Shown: one piece after another, positions 1-11,071 of the stretch
Layout of the letters: each line of letters starts with the position of its first letter
Numbering within the stretch: the stretch's first letter is position 1
DNA from: Marinicella sp.
GTDB lineage: Bacteria > Pseudomonadota > Gammaproteobacteria > Xanthomonadales > Marinicellaceae
Length of the DNA: 64,000 nt
Reading direction: 5' to 3'
Assembly (NCBI GenBank): GCA_965230295.1
Contig: OZ246001.1
Coordinates: 288,001 to 352,000 of the forward strand
Made by a program: the position numbers and the translations under genes
Notes under the pieces: model-generated
Told to the model about the DNA's origin: nothing
Seen by the model: only the letters and a program-made list of their open reading frames with translations
Database searches by the model: none

Positions 1-1085
1 GCCGATTGGTTGGTGAACAAGTGATGTAGTGCGTGCATGGTTTCTGATGTTTTGTATACCTCGGCCTTTCTGGTCCGTTGGTATTTTTTCAGGGCACTGG
101 CCAACTCTTCACTTTTCTTTAAGTTGATTGTAGATAATTTTTCTGCCAAACATTCAGCGTCACCAAAACCTAAATTGACGCCTTGGCCTGCCAATGGATG
201 GATGGTATGGGCTGCATCGCCCACCAACACCACACGACCTTGATAATAATCATTGGCATAAGATTTAACCAATGGGAAAGCTTGACGGTCACTGCGTAAC
301 CTGATGTCACCAAAGTTGCGATTGATGTGAACCTTCAGGCCATTGATGAACTTATTTTCATCGGCGTTTAGCCAAGCCTGCACTTCATTTTCGGGTAAGC
401 TCCAAACCATGGAAAACAAACCGCCATTCATGGGTAACAGTCCCACAGGCCCACCCGCATTGAAGGCTTGTAAGGCAGTTTTTTCTGGTGCATTTTCAAT
501 ATCTAAATAACACACCAAACCGCGTTGATCGTAAGGTTTCTGCTGGGTGCTTATGCCTAAATCCGTTCTTACCTTCGATCTGGCCCCATCAGCACCAACC
601 AATAAACTGGCTTGCAAATCGCTGCCATCATTCAACACCACTTTAACTTTGCGTTCATTGTGTTCAAATGCATCTATGGTGGCATCGAAAAAGAGGTCTA
701 TTTGAGGGTGTTCAACACATTTTTTCTGGGCAGCTGCGATGATTTGATTGTTTTCAGTCATGGCACCCAGTATTTTTTCACTGCCACTGTTGAAATCAAT
801 TGTTCCGGTTGAATGGTTGTCCCAGACCACCATGTTGTTATAGTAGCCCATGCGTTCGTGACACAAAAACTGACCCATACCCAATCGATTGAACAAATCT
901 AAATTGTGTTTAGAGATGGCAGAAACCCGCAACTGACGTGTCTCATCAGAATCGTATTCGGTTTGCGGGTTGGCTTCTATCACGGCTATGGAAAAAACCT
1001 GGTCTGTCACTTGATCTGTCAATAACAAAGCAGTGACAGCTCCGACCATGCCGGCCCCATTGATGATCACATCATATTGTTTCAT
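1..1085 (-). CDS. FAD-dependent ubiquinone-biosynthesis hydroxylase, UbiH/UbiF/UbiI(VisC) family; partial, runs off the window start
   Basis: Not in the ORF track; read by hand from ATG at 1085: MKQYDVIINGAGMVG (Rossmann motif), later VVLVGDAAHTIHPLAGQGVNLG. Lies directly downstream of ubiH, as ubiI/visC does. Confidence 0.85.
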   Translation of the reverse strand, partial: MKQYDVIINGAGMVGAVTALLLTDQVTDQVFSIAVIEANPQTEYDSDETRQLRVSAISKHNLDLFNRLGMGQFLCHERMGYYNNMVVWDNHSTGTIDFNSGSEKILGAMTENNQIIAAAQKKCVEHPQIDLFFDATIDAFEHNERKVKVVLNDGSDLQASLLVGADGARSKVRTDLGISTQQKPYDQRGLVCYLDIENAPEKTALQAFNAGGPVGLLPMNGGLFSMVWSLPENEVQAWLNADENKFINGLKVHINRNFGDIRLRSDRQAFPLVKSYANDYYQGRVVLVGDAAHTIHPLAGQGVNLGFGDAECLAEKLSTINLKKSEELASALKKYQRTRKAEVYKTSETMHALHHLFTNQS

Positions 1086-1115
1086 AGCCATTCCTGATTA
1101 ATTGGCGGCAACTGT

Positions 1116-2318
1116 TCATTTCAACCCACCTGCTGTCTCATACAACGATCTTTTTAATGACAAACTGGCGTTGATGGCGACCAAACCCATCGACCTGATG
1201 GCATTGACTGCTGGCTCATCGATTTTGAACCAGGTCATTAAATCATCAGTGTAGTTCAAGGTTCTCTGCTGATCCTCATCTGACGCTTGTTGATAGGCCT
1301 GCAGTACCTCCTCAATACCTAAATCTATGCCTTGCTGATGTTTGTCAGCCAACAATTCACTGAGTCTTTTGATTCCTCTGACCGCTAAATTTAAGCCTTG
1401 TGCGGATACCGGACTGACGGCGTGTGCGGCATTACCCATCAACACCACTCGAGAAGCAAACTGAATTGGAACCTTGATTTGGTATAAAGGGTAGCTACTG
1501 CGCCTGCCAATTCTTTGGAACTGTCCGGCACGGTGGCCAAACTGTTGTTGTGCTTGTAGCATGAAGTTGGCATCATCTACAGCCATCAGTGCTTCTGCTT
1601 TGTCAGTGGCCATTGACCAAACAAACCCGAACCGGTTGTGAAATGGCAACAAGGCCATTGGCCCTTCTTGGGTAAGCCGTTCAAAAGCCCGGTTGCCATG
1701 ATTTTGGCTGGTTTGGATGTTACAAATGATCGCAGTGCGTTCATACGACTTGACTGATGTGGCCAATTGCAAATTTTTTCTGATGTGAGAAGTCACACCA
1801 TCGGCTGCCACCATCAGCTGTGCATTGACATGGATTGTTTGCTGCCCTTGTTCGACAATGAGATTTACATGAGAAGCCTGTTGTTCAAAAGTCAATAACC
1901 TGGCGGGTTGCAGGTAATGAATCAAGGATTCATTCCTGACCTTCTGCAGCAGCACTTGTGCCAATGACTTGGCCGCAATGACGTGACCCAATTGTGGTAC
2001 ACCCAATTCATCCTTAGTGAAGTTCACCACACCAAATTGGCCTTGATTAGACACATGCACATGATGAATTCCAGTGGTCAATGGTTCAATCTCTTCCCAC
2101 AAGTCCAGTGCTTGCCAAAATTGCATGGCTGCAGGGTTGATGACCAATGTACGGTCATCAAAACTGGCATGCTCATCTTCTGGCATCTCGTTGGCTTCAA
2201 GCAAAACCGAAGGAATGCCCTTTTGTGATAAAGACAAAGCCAGCGCCATGCCCACCAACCCACCACCAACAATCGCAACATGGCTGGTCAATTCCGTTTT
2301 TGAGGGTGTTTCAGCCAT
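1116..2318 (-). CDS. ubiH: 2-octaprenyl-6-methoxyphenol hydroxylase
   Basis: [28 protein letters not shown] and [17 protein letters not shown] motifs; paired with a second Ubi hydroxylase. Confidence 0.85.
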   Translation of the reverse strand: MAETPSKTELTSHVAIVGGGLVGMALALSLSQKGIPSVLLEANEMPEDEHASFDDRTLVINPAAMQFWQALDLWEEIEPLTTGIHHVHVSNQGQFGVVNFTKDELGVPQLGHVIAAKSLAQVLLQKVRNESLIHYLQPARLLTFEQQASHVNLIVEQGQQTIHVNAQLMVAADGVTSHIRKNLQLATSVKSYERTAIICNIQTSQNHGNRAFERLTQEGPMALLPFHNRFGFVWSMATDKAEALMAVDDANFMLQAQQQFGHRAGQFQRIGRRSSYPLYQIKVPIQFASRVVLMGNAAHAVSPVSAQGLNLAVRGIKRLSELLADKHQQGIDLGIEEVLQAYQQASDEDQQRTLNYTDDLMTWFKIDEPAVNAIRSMGLVAINASLSLKRSLYETAGGLK

Positions 2319-3783
2319 TGCCTTGTTTGGCGAGGTCGCTCCTTTGAATGCCTATTTTTTCAAAATACTCTTCGCCCACATCAGTGACGTATTCATTAGA
2401 AAAACAGGATGAGTCAAATCGATCAATTTTGGGATTTCCCTCTAGACAAGAGGATTCCAGATCTTCCAAAGTCTGGTAAATCAAACCGTCGGCACCAAGG
2501 ATGTTACAAATTTCATCTTCAGTGCGGTTGTGTGCCACCAATTCTTCAGCCACTGGCATGTCTATGCCATAAACATTGGGGAACCTGACTGGTGGTGCGG
2601 CTGAAGCAAAAAACACTTTTTTAGCCCCGGCTTCCCTGGCCATTTGTATGATTTGTTTTGAAGTGGTTCCTCTGACTATGGAGTCATCAATCAACAACAC
2701 GTTTTTGTTGCGAAATTCCAACTCCACCGCATTCAATTTTCGCCTGACTGATTTAACCCGTTGCTCTTGGCCTGGCATGATGAAAGTGCGTCCAATGTAA
2801 CGGTTTTTGATGAACCCTTCACGGAATTTGACCCCTAATGAATAGGCCATTGGAATGGCACTGGTCCGAGATGATTCAGGAATGGGGATCACCACATCAA
2901 TGTCTTCATCAGCCCAACGTTCTTTGATCCGTTCAGCCAACTTTTCACCCATCCGCAATCGGGCTTTATAAACAGAAACATCATCTATCATTGAATCTGG
3001 ACGGGCAAAATAGACAAACTCAAACACACAGGGTGACAGCTGGGTCTTCTCAGCACATTGTTGTTTATACATTTTACGGTCATTGGTCATGATGATGGCT
3101 TCACCCGGTGCCACATCACCCAGCAAATCGAAATCATGTTGGTCCAAAGCAATGCTCTCAGAAGCCACCATGTATTCATCTGGCGCATCGTTGGTTTTTC
3201 GCACCCCGTAAACCAACGGCCTGATGCCGTTAGGATCACGAAATGCCACAATACCATAACCGGGAATGATCAACACATTGGCATAGGCTCCTTTACATCG
3301 TTTGTGTACCCGAGAAACCGCATGGAATACCGCTTCTGGAGTGATCACCAGTCCTGATGCATTTTGTAATTCATGAGCAAACACATTCAACAGCACTTCA
3401 GAATCAGAATGGGTGTTGATGTGACGGCGGTCTTCTGCAAACAGTTCTTTTTTTAACTGTTCAGCATTGTGTAAATTGCCATTGTGGGCCAACGCAATGC
3501 CAAAGGGCGAGTTGACATAAAATGGTTGAGCTTCTTCATAATTGCTTGAGCCTGCCGTTGGGTATCGAACATGGCCTATGCCAGATAAGCCTTTGAGTTT
3601 TTTGGCACTTTTGGATCTGAACACATCACTGACCAGTCCATTGTTCTTGACCAATTCTAACTTGCCTTCTTCACAGGTCGCTATACCTGCCGCATCTTGT
3701 CCACGGTGTTGCAAGATGGTTAAACATTCATATATTGTTGATGCCACATCGTGGTTGGCAATCATGCCTACTATTCCGCACAT
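2311..3783 (-). CDS. purF: amidophosphoribosyltransferase
   Basis: N-terminal [24 protein letters not shown] and PRPP loop [13 protein letters not shown]. Confidence 0.98.
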   Translation of the reverse strand: MCGIVGMIANHDVASTIYECLTILQHRGQDAAGIATCEEGKLELVKNNGLVSDVFRSKSAKKLKGLSGIGHVRYPTAGSSNYEEAQPFYVNSPFGIALAHNGNLHNAEQLKKELFAEDRRHINTHSDSEVLLNVFAHELQNASGLVITPEAVFHAVSRVHKRCKGAYANVLIIPGYGIVAFRDPNGIRPLVYGVRKTNDAPDEYMVASESIALDQHDFDLLGDVAPGEAIIMTNDRKMYKQQCAEKTQLSPCVFEFVYFARPDSMIDDVSVYKARLRMGEKLAERIKERWADEDIDVVIPIPESSRTSAIPMAYSLGVKFREGFIKNRYIGRTFIMPGQEQRVKSVRRKLNAVELEFRNKNVLLIDDSIVRGTTSKQIIQMAREAGAKKVFFASAAPPVRFPNVYGIDMPVAEELVAHNRTEDEICNILGADGLIYQTLEDLESSCLEGNPKIDRFDSSCFSNEYVTDVGEEYFEKIGIQRSDLAKQGNG

Positions 3784-4445
3784 TACAGTCCAGGGTCCGA
3801 TTCAGGTTGTTGTTTATCTGCTTCATCTTCAGCAGGAGGGTCACCCGCTTGGGGTGTTTGATCATCAGCCGCAGTGTTGGTGTCTTCTGCATTGATTGAT
3901 AACGCATTTTTCAAAGCCGGATTCAGGGTCTCCTGAAGCGTTTCCGGTTCAATGAAAGAAAAATATTCAGCCAAATCTTCTGGCATTTGTTCTTTGACCC
4001 AATTGGCCAGCTTTGAGAACTGTGGTGTCAGTTTTGACTCAGTCCACCATGGGTCTTTTGAAAAAGGTGTGGCTTGTAAAAACAGCACCAATAAAGTCAC
4101 GGCAAGAATACCCCGACCCAACCCAAAAAACACGCCAAAAAAACGGTCAGTGGCACCCAGGCCAGTTTTGGTGATCATCTTGCCAACCAGGAAATTGATC
4201 AAACCGCCGACAATCAATGCCGCCAAAAACAAAGCCACAAAGGCCAACAAATGTCTGGCTGAAGGCAGTTCAATGAATGCCTGAAGCCAATCAGCGCCTT
4301 GATCGACAAAAGTCCAAGCCAACCAAAAAGCCCCGACCCATATCAACAATGACAACACTTCACGTATCAGACCACGAAATAAACTGACAATGACTGACAA
4401 AGCCAGGATTGACAAAATGGTGAGGTCAAACCAATTCATGGTCAA
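3783..4445 (-). CDS. cvpA: CvpA family membrane protein (colicin V production)
   Basis: MNWFD...[10 protein letters not shown] and [15 protein letters not shown] motifs; dedD-cvpA-purF synteny. The start may be the ATG at 4439. Confidence 0.93.
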   Translation of the reverse strand: MTMNWFDLTILSILALSVIVSLFRGLIREVLSLLIWVGAFWLAWTFVDQGADWLQAFIELPSARHLLAFVALFLAALIVGGLINFLVGKMITKTGLGATDRFFGVFFGLGRGILAVTLLVLFLQATPFSKDPWWTESKLTPQFSKLANWVKEQMPEDLAEYFSFIEPETLQETLNPALKNALSINAEDTNTAADDQTPQAGDPPAEDEADKQQPESDPGL

Positions 4446-5470
4446 TTCACTATTTGGCTCAACTCATGATTTTTAATCAAACCATCCAACTTCAACTTAC
4501 GCTTGATGTCCAGTTGCGCTTGTTCAGCGTCTGCTTTTTCCATCAATGGTCCGATGCGCAATCGATACAACTGTACACCTTTGCTGTTGGTGATGACATC
4601 AACAAAGCCATTGAATCCAGCTGCTTTGACTTTATTGCGTAACTCAATGGCGTTGTTCTTCGCTGAGAAACTGCCTAGCTGAACCACCCAACCCATTTGT
4701 CCCTGGCTGGCCATTTGTGCCACCTCTTGAGGCTTCAGAGTCACCACCTTCGGTGTACCAATGTTGAGCTTTTGTTGGTTGACTGCATTGACATAGTCAT
4801 TGGCTTTGGTCTGATCCTGGTATAAATCCTGGGACCAGACTCGGTAGATTTTCAGTCCAGGGTTGTATTCAACAATTGCTTTGATGTTTTTCTGTAACAA
4901 CGAACTTTTGACCCGCTCAGCATTGGCTTGCTGAGAGAAACTACCCAATTTAACCCTGAAGACTTGATTCACTCCACCTACTGGGCGGCTTCTTTCAACC
5001 ACCGGAACTCTGGTTTCTCTGGGCTCTGGTTTGCTCACCACGGGTTCTGGCACTTCAGCCACTGGCTGTTCCACCACTTGCTCTTGTGGTCTCGTGGCTG
5101 GCTTTTGCACAACGGGCTCTTCAGTGCTTATGCTTACCACTGGTTTGTTTTCTTCCACTTCAGTCGGTGTTGTTTGTTGTGGTATTTGAGTCACCGGGTT
5201 GGCTTGATCTTTTTCTACCAAAATGGGTTGACTTTCATTGATCACCAGTTCGACATCACCAGGCGGTAACTCTTTGGTTTCGACCACAGGTTTATCCAAC
5301 TCAAACTTTTTCACTTCCAGGTTGTTTTCACCAGCTTCTGGTATATTGATGCTGATGTTCTGGTTGTTCTTTTGCTGCACTTCACCATCAAAAAGCATCG
5401 GCACAAAGATGATTGCCAAGGCAATAATGACAGCTGCACCAATGAGTCTTTGCTTTAATTCTTGATCCAT
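4442..5470 (-). CDS. dedD: SPOR-domain cell division protein DedD (two SPOR domains)
   Basis: LKQRLIGAAVIIALAIIFVPMLFDG N-terminus; SPOR motifs VKLGSFS and WVVQLGSFS; upstream of cvpA. Confidence 0.85.
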   Translation of the reverse strand: MDQELKQRLIGAAVIIALAIIFVPMLFDGEVQQKNNQNISINIPEAGENNLEVKKFELDKPVVETKELPPGDVELVINESQPILVEKDQANPVTQIPQQTTPTEVEENKPVVSISTEEPVVQKPATRPQEQVVEQPVAEVPEPVVSKPEPRETRVPVVERSRPVGGVNQVFRVKLGSFSQQANAERVKSSLLQKNIKAIVEYNPGLKIYRVWSQDLYQDQTKANDYVNAVNQQKLNIGTPKVVTLKPQEVAQMASQGQMGWVVQLGSFSAKNNAIELRNKVKAAGFNGFVDVITNSKGVQLYRLRIGPLMEKADAEQAQLDIKRKLKLDGLIKNHELSQIVN

Positions 5471-5483
5471 TTATTCACCAAAT

Positions 5484-6752
5484 TTATTGAGCATCTAAAA
5501 AAGAAATTAACGCAGATTCTGACAATTGTTGCTGACCGAAATTCCTGTCTTGCAAAGCCTTGATCGAGTAGACCTGTTGAGCCATTTCTTCTTCACCGAT
5601 TATTATAGCGAATTTAGCGCCCGATTTATCGGCTTTTTTAAACTGTGACTTGAACGAAGCTTGTCCCATGTTTACCATCATTTTTAAATTCGGCAAGGCA
5701 TCGCGTAATCGCTCTGAAAACTGCATGATGGCATCGTTTGGAATGGATTTATCACGGATTAAATACACATCTGTCTGTGCTTCTGTTTGCCACAGGTTAT
5801 GGTCTAGTATCAACTCCACCAGTCGATCTATGCCCATTGCAAACCCTGTGGCAGGTGTTGGTTTTCCGCCTTGCATCTCAACCAAGCGATCATAACGCCC
5901 GCCAGCGCAGATCGTTCCTTGTGCACCCAAGTCATCTGTAATCCATTCAAACACATTGTGCGAATAGTAGTCCAACCCCCGAACTAATTTTGGATTCACT
6001 TGATAGGCCAAGCCACAGGCATCCAGAATGTCACACAAGCCTTTGAAATGTGCATTGGCTTCATCACTGAGGTAATCTTTAATCAAAGGTGCATTTTCAA
6101 TCACCACTTTCATGGCAGGGTTTTTAGAATCGAGAATCCTTAACGGATTGCTGTGCAACCTGTTTTTTGCTTCTGCATCCAACACATCTGCATGGGCTTC
6201 AAAATAGTCAATCAATACTTGTCGGTAAGCTGTTCGGCATTCAGGTGTACCCAGTGTATTCAACTCCAAACGTACATTCTTGATGCCCAGTTGTTGCCAC
6301 ATTTTGTGAGTCATCAAGAGCAGTTCTGCATCAACATCCGGACCCTCAAAGCCAAAAACTTCAGCACCCACCTGAGAAAACTGGCGATTGCGCCCTTTTT
6401 GAGGTTTTTCATAACGAAACATGGGGCAGCTGTAATACAATTTTTGTGGATCATTGAAAATCATGCCATTTTGCAAGACCATGCGTACAGTCGATGCAGT
6501 GCCCTCTGGCCGCATGCTGATGGATTCACCTTTGCGGGTTTCAAAAGTGAACATTTCTTTTTCTACCACATCAGTCACTTCACCAATGGCAGAATGAAAC
6601 AAGGCTGTTTTTTCTAATATGGGAAAGCGGATTTCCTGGTACCCATACTGTTGCAGTATGGATGTCACTGTATTTTCCAGTCGTTGCCACACCCAGACTT
6701 GATCTGGTGTGACATCGTACATGCCTCTAAGACGGGTAATTTTATTGCTCAA
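5484..6752 (-). CDS. hisS: histidine--tRNA ligase
   Basis: RPEGTA, FRYEKPQKGR.RQF, LVRGLDYY and AGGRYD motifs. Confidence 0.98.
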   Translation of the reverse strand: MSNKITRLRGMYDVTPDQVWVWQRLENTVTSILQQYGYQEIRFPILEKTALFHSAIGEVTDVVEKEMFTFETRKGESISMRPEGTASTVRMVLQNGMIFNDPQKLYYSCPMFRYEKPQKGRNRQFSQVGAEVFGFEGPDVDAELLLMTHKMWQQLGIKNVRLELNTLGTPECRTAYRQVLIDYFEAHADVLDAEAKNRLHSNPLRILDSKNPAMKVVIENAPLIKDYLSDEANAHFKGLCDILDACGLAYQVNPKLVRGLDYYSHNVFEWITDDLGAQGTICAGGRYDRLVEMQGGKPTPATGFAMGIDRLVELILDHNLWQTEAQTDVYLIRDKSIPNDAIMQFSERLRDALPNLKMMVNMGQASFKSQFKKADKSGAKFAIIIGEEEMAQQVYSIKALQDRNFGQQQLSESALISFLDAQ

Positions 6753-6847
6753 AATTCAGCCTTTGCAAAAATAGCGTATTTTATACGAGCCATGCAGTTA
6801 GATACAGCCCCAGATGAACTTGATTGATGTCATTTCAAGGCAGGGGC

Positions 6848-7786
6848 TCAGCTTGGGTTCATTGGCCATTCAAAATCAGCGATGTCACGCTTGATCAACT
6901 GGTTCAATTCCACTGGATCTTCATTGATCAATAGTTGTAATTTCTTGGCATTACCAATTCGGAAATGCAACGGTTTATCTGATTGGTATTCACGCAACCC
7001 CGGACCAATCAGATCGTGAACAATTTTATCCCCATCCAAGGTTTTTATTGAAACCCAGGCTTGCTCTTCCAGTTGCATCTTAATTGAATAGATGGCTGCC
7101 TGGTTTTTAGTGGGTTCAACGGCCGCAACAGTTAAGTCTGAATCTTCCGGTTCATTCGACTCTTGCTCAACTTCTTGTGGCGAATCTTCTGCAGATTCAT
7201 CTGCGCTATCATCCAATGAGTCTACATTGATCAGATCTTCATCGGGTGTTGAATTGGATAAATTGGGCCCCGTTACTTGAGGCAACAGTGATGAATAGGT
7301 GATTTTCTTGTCGGTACCCTGATCGTTTGACTCTAAAGCCAAATCAACCGGTGTATCAGAAAGGGAGCGTTTGGGTAATGACCATTTGTCCCAAATAAAA
7401 TAAAAACTCAAAGTCAGCATACCCAACAGAGCAGTCCCAACTGCATACCTGCCGAAGTGGTTTGATTGTCGTCTGACTTTAGCCAAAGGACTGGCGCCCA
7501 GTGCATCGGCAGTTTGTAAATCATGGTGTTGCAAATATTGTACTGGCACCAATGACAGGACTTCCTGTGGATCTACACCGATCACTTTACAGTAATTGGT
7601 AATGTGTCCACGTAAAAATGTCGGCGCACCTAATTTATCAAATTTGCCATCTTCGATGTAAAGAATAAAATCTCTGCTGACCTTCATGCCATCAGCCACA
7701 GTTTCAATTGTGAGTTTTTGCTTTTCTCGAATATTTTTCAGAGCTGATATCTCTGTGATTTCGGGATTATTGATTGATTTACTCAT
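6848..7786 (-). CDS. rodZ: cytoskeleton protein RodZ (HTH, TM helix, C-terminal periplasmic domain)
   Basis: N-terminal HTH (IEDGKFDKL..PTFLRGHI.NY), single TM helix, C-terminal W.SI...DG...RIGNA; rlmN-pilW-rodZ synteny. Confidence 0.88.
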   Translation of the reverse strand: MSKSINNPEITEISALKNIREKQKLTIETVADGMKVSRDFILYIEDGKFDKLGAPTFLRGHITNYCKVIGVDPQEVLSLVPVQYLQHHDLQTADALGASPLAKVRRQSNHFGRYAVGTALLGMLTLSFYFIWDKWSLPKRSLSDTPVDLALESNDQGTDKKITYSSLLPQVTGPNLSNSTPDEDLINVDSLDDSADESAEDSPQEVEQESNEPEDSDLTVAAVEPTKNQAAIYSIKMQLEEQAWVSIKTLDGDKIVHDLIGPGLREYQSDKPLHFRIGNAKKLQLLINEDPVELNQLIKRDIADFEWPMNPS

Positions 7787-7793
7787 TTTATTT

Positions 7794-8534
7794 TTATGAT
7801 TTTTTTAGTTTTTTCAATTGTGCTAAATATTGCTTTGCAGCACGCTCATTCCCCATCTTTTTCTCAACTTGATAAGCCACTTTTAAGACCCTTTCATCTA
7901 AAGCGGTTAGCCCCTCAAGTCTTTGTATGAATGCTCGGGCCTTCATACTCTCACCTTTTCCTGCTGTTACAATCACCATGTTGTATAACGAAATTGTTAA
8001 ATTGGGATTGCTAGACAATGCCGATCTGAAATGCTGCTCTGCTTCATCAAAGTTATCAGCTTTCATCAAACACACACCGATATTTTCATGCACGGTTTCC
8101 GGTGTTTTATAGAACGGATTTGCCAATGTTTTTTTGTAATAAATCACGGCTTCTTCAGGCTTGCCGGTCTGACACAAAAATGTGCCGTAGTTGTTTAATA
8201 TGGTTGGGTCATTCGGCGCATACCTGACTGACAGTTTGTAATGTCGCTCGGCATCCACTTTGGCATTCATGGCGCCGTAAACTGTGGCAATGGCTGAATG
8301 GGCAATGGCTAACTTGGGATTGTGGTTCAAAGCCCGTTTTAGTTTTTCCAATGCAGTGTCAAAGTCATTGCGCTCGAAATAAGCCACACCCATTTTTACA
8401 TTCAGCATGGCCGGACTGTTTTCTGGCTCAACTTGAGAGTCTGTGTCTTGGTAGCGCTTTGATCCGCCAGATGTTTGGGCACAGGCTGTCAGTAAAACAA
8501 ACACCCATCCAATAACCAAAGTCCTCAATATCAT
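7794..8534 (-). CDS. pilW: type IV pilus biogenesis/stability TPR lipoprotein PilW/PilF
   Basis: Lipobox LTAC, TPR repeats, NNYGTFLC and ENIGVC; follows rlmN. Confidence 0.9.
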   Translation of the reverse strand: MILRTLVIGWVFVLLTACAQTSGGSKRYQDTDSQVEPENSPAMLNVKMGVAYFERNDFDTALEKLKRALNHNPKLAIAHSAIATVYGAMNAKVDAERHYKLSVRYAPNDPTILNNYGTFLCQTGKPEEAVIYYKKTLANPFYKTPETVHENIGVCLMKADNFDEAEQHFRSALSSNPNLTISLYNMVIVTAGKGESMKARAFIQRLEGLTALDERVLKVAYQVEKKMGNERAAKQYLAQLKKLKKS

Positions 8535-9631
8535 GCCACCACCTCTAATTGCATTTTTTTAATTTGTGCTGACCGTCTGGTCCGATCCATAAACTCACCT
8601 GCCAACTGACCGCATGCAGCAGCAATGTCATCACCTCTGGTTTTCCTGACCGTGGTGATGAAACCGTTTTTCATGCAAATTGATTTAAATCGCTCAATGG
8701 CTTCAGGCTTGGCTTGTTTAAAAGCTGTTCCAGAGAACGGGTTAAAAGGAATTAAGTTGATCTTACTTGGCATGTGGGCCAGAATTTTGCACAGGGCATG
8801 GGCATGTTCCGGTTTGTCATTCATGCCATCAATCAACGTATATTCAATGGTGATGCGAGCTTTGCGCTTGTCTTTAACGAAATTCTGGCAGGCATTCAAT
8901 AACGTTTTGATGTTGTATTTTTTATTCAATGGCACCAGTTGATTGCGCAATTCATCAAAAGGAGCATGCAATGAAATGGCTAACGATACATCAGCATCTT
9001 GGTTCAAACGATCGATATAAGGCACCAACCCCGCAGTACTGACAGTGACCCGCTTGTTGGCGAATCCAAAACCAAAATCATCTCGCATGATGTTTAAGGC
9101 CGGCAACACTTGGCTGTAGTTGGCTAAGGGTTCACCCATGCCCATCATCACCACATTGGTGATTTTACGATCCAGTTGTGTGTGGTTGAGTTGTTTGGCT
9201 GCCACCCAAACTTGAGCGATGATTTCGGCGGTGCTGAGGTGTCGATTGAAACCTTGGGCACCGGTGGCACAAAATGTACAGTTCAAGGTACAGCCCACTT
9301 GTGAGGACACGCAGAGCGTGCCACGGTTCTTTTCCGGGATGTACACCGTTTCAACGGCGTTGACATCATCGACTTTAAGTAACCACTTGATGGTACCGTC
9401 TTTGGAAACCTGCTCACTCAGTAATTCAGGAACAGTGGCCTGGTATTCTTCAGATAACTTCTGCCTCAGCACTTTGCTGAAATTACTGAAGGCAGAAAAG
9501 TCAAGTTGTTGCTCCCCATAAATCCATTTCATCGCTTGAGACGCCCGAAAACGTTGTTCCCCCATTTCGAGGAACAACGTCTCTAAACCTTGGCGGTCAT
9601 GGTTCAATAAATTGACGGGTGCATTTTTCAA
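8531..9631 (-). CDS. rlmN: 23S rRNA m2A2503/tRNA m2A37 methyltransferase
   Basis: CVSSQVGCTLNCTFC radical-SAM motif, MGMGEP and DIAAACGQL. Confidence 0.98.
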   Translation of the reverse strand: MKNAPVNLLNHDRQGLETLFLEMGEQRFRASQAMKWIYGEQQLDFSAFSNFSKVLRQKLSEEYQATVPELLSEQVSKDGTIKWLLKVDDVNAVETVYIPEKNRGTLCVSSQVGCTLNCTFCATGAQGFNRHLSTAEIIAQVWVAAKQLNHTQLDRKITNVVMMGMGEPLANYSQVLPALNIMRDDFGFGFANKRVTVSTAGLVPYIDRLNQDADVSLAISLHAPFDELRNQLVPLNKKYNIKTLLNACQNFVKDKRKARITIEYTLIDGMNDKPEHAHALCKILAHMPSKINLIPFNPFSGTAFKQAKPEAIERFKSICMKNGFITTVRKTRGDDIAAACGQLAGEFMDRTRRSAQIKKMQLEVVA

Positions 9632-9638
9632 AATTTAT

Positions 9639-10058
9639 TTAACTCAGTTCAGTGGCTGAAAAAAAGTAGGCAATTTCAACCGCTGCAGTTTCTTCTGCAT
9701 CAGAACCGTGTACAGCATTGGCATCAATGCTTTCGGCGAAGTCAGCACGAATGGTTCCAGGTGCAGCTTCTTTGGGATTGGTAGCTCCCATGATGTCACG
9801 GTTTTGCTTGATGGCATCTTCACCTTCAAGAACTTGTATCATCACAGGACCTGAGGTCATGAATTCAACCAAATCGCCAAAGAAAGGTCTTTCTTTGTGC
9901 ACAGCATAAAAGCCTTCTGCCTCAGCCTGGCTTAAATGTTTCATCTTTGCAGCCACAATTTTCAGGCCTGCATTTTCGAATCTTTGGTAAATCTGACCGA
10001 TGACATTTTTAGCCACGGCATCAGGCTTAATTATTGATAAAGTTCTTTGTTTAGACAT
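9639..10058 (-). CDS. ndk: nucleoside diphosphate kinase
   Basis: [17 protein letters not shown] and NAVHGSD. Confidence 0.98.
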   Translation of the reverse strand: MSKQRTLSIIKPDAVAKNVIGQIYQRFENAGLKIVAAKMKHLSQAEAEGFYAVHKERPFFGDLVEFMTSGPVMIQVLEGEDAIKQNRDIMGATNPKEAAPGTIRADFAESIDANAVHGSDAEETAAVEIAYFFSATELS

Positions 10059-10363
10059 TTTTTACTCCAAATTGGTACACAAATCAAGATTTTTCTTTTA
10101 AAATCTGTGATTTACGCCCTAAATTAAAAATATTATTTAACTTATGGTTGACTGATATTTTTGCCTACTGAGGCACATCCTTCATCCACCTTTAAAAAAA
10201 CCTGCGCATTGTAACAATTTTAGCGATCAGATTAAACTCCAAAACCTTATTTAATCAGGGAGTTGTCACAGTCATGTCATTGTAGAATCGCACCTATTTT
10301 TAACCGATCATTTTTACTGTTTTGCGATACAGGTCACAAGTCACTGAATATCGCCAAATTGAA

Positions 10364-10381
10364 TTAAAACGAGCGTTTGAA
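10364..10381. promoter_or_regulatory. PsrA-type operator TTAAAACGAGCGTTTGAA
   Basis: Imperfect palindrome matching the known PsrA box (AAAC-N4-GTTTG), abutting a -35 element upstream of the TetR/fad operon. Confidence 0.65.
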
Positions 10382-10410
10382 TTGATAACGTTTTGCACTT
10401 CAATTACAAT
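10382..10410 (+). promoter_or_regulatory. sigma70-like promoter TTGATA-N17-TACAAT for the psrA-fad operon
   Basis: Near-consensus hexamers with a 17-nt spacer, 30 nt upstream of ATG 10440. Confidence 0.55.
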
Positions 10411-10439
10411 GCCTGCACCTCATAAAATTCATCTATGAT

Positions 10440-11063
10440 ATGACAACGCTCTCAACCAAGGAAAGAATACTCAACAGTACGGAAAGACTGATCGCTGAAA
10501 ATGGTTTTGCTGAACTGTCCATCAGAAAAATCAGCTTGCAAGCGCACACCAATTTAGCAGCCATTAATTACCATTTTGGCAACAAACAACAACTGATCAA
10601 TCAAGTGCTTGAACGGCGTTTAAATAACTTGTTTGAAGTCAGGAAGAAAATGTTGCAAGACCTGAATCAAGGTGACAACAAGATGACGTGTAACCTGGAG
10701 CAGATATTGCATGCATTCATTGCACCGGCTTTGTACATGATCAATGACGAACACCAAGGGGGTCGGGTGTTTATGAAAGTGTTGGCCAGAGCCTATGCCG
10801 AACAAAGTGATTCATTACATGACATGCTGGCCAAACGTTACACCCCCATTATCAAGGACTTTGCTGAGGCCATTCACTTGGCCTGTCCTGAATTACCACG
10901 TGAGACTATTTTCTGGCGGTTTCACTTCATCATTGGCGCCCTCACTTACACCATGGGCGATTTTGGTGCATCCAGTATGGCCAAACAAATGCCCGAAGCC
11001 GAGTATTTCAACAAATCTGTTCAAGAATTGATTCAATTTGCAGTGGCCTCTTTAACCGTATAA
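10440..11063 (+). CDS. psrA: TetR family regulator of fatty-acid degradation, PsrA-like
   Basis: TKERIL..ERL, NLAAINYHFG.K and FWRFHFIIGAL motifs; PsrA box upstream; leads a fad operon. Confidence 0.75.
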   Translation: MTTLSTKERILNSTERLIAENGFAELSIRKISLQAHTNLAAINYHFGNKQQLINQVLERRLNNLFEVRKKMLQDLNQGDNKMTCNLEQILHAFIAPALYMINDEHQGGRVFMKVLARAYAEQSDSLHDMLAKRYTPIIKDFAEAIHLACPELPRETIFWRFHFIIGALTYTMGDFGASSMAKQMPEAEYFNKSVQELIQFAVASLTV

Positions 11064-11071
11064 GCCGTTAA

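Noticed and set aside
4442-5470. Two SPOR domains in DedD
   Set aside because: Tandem SPOR domains are known in DedD-like proteins of related lineages.
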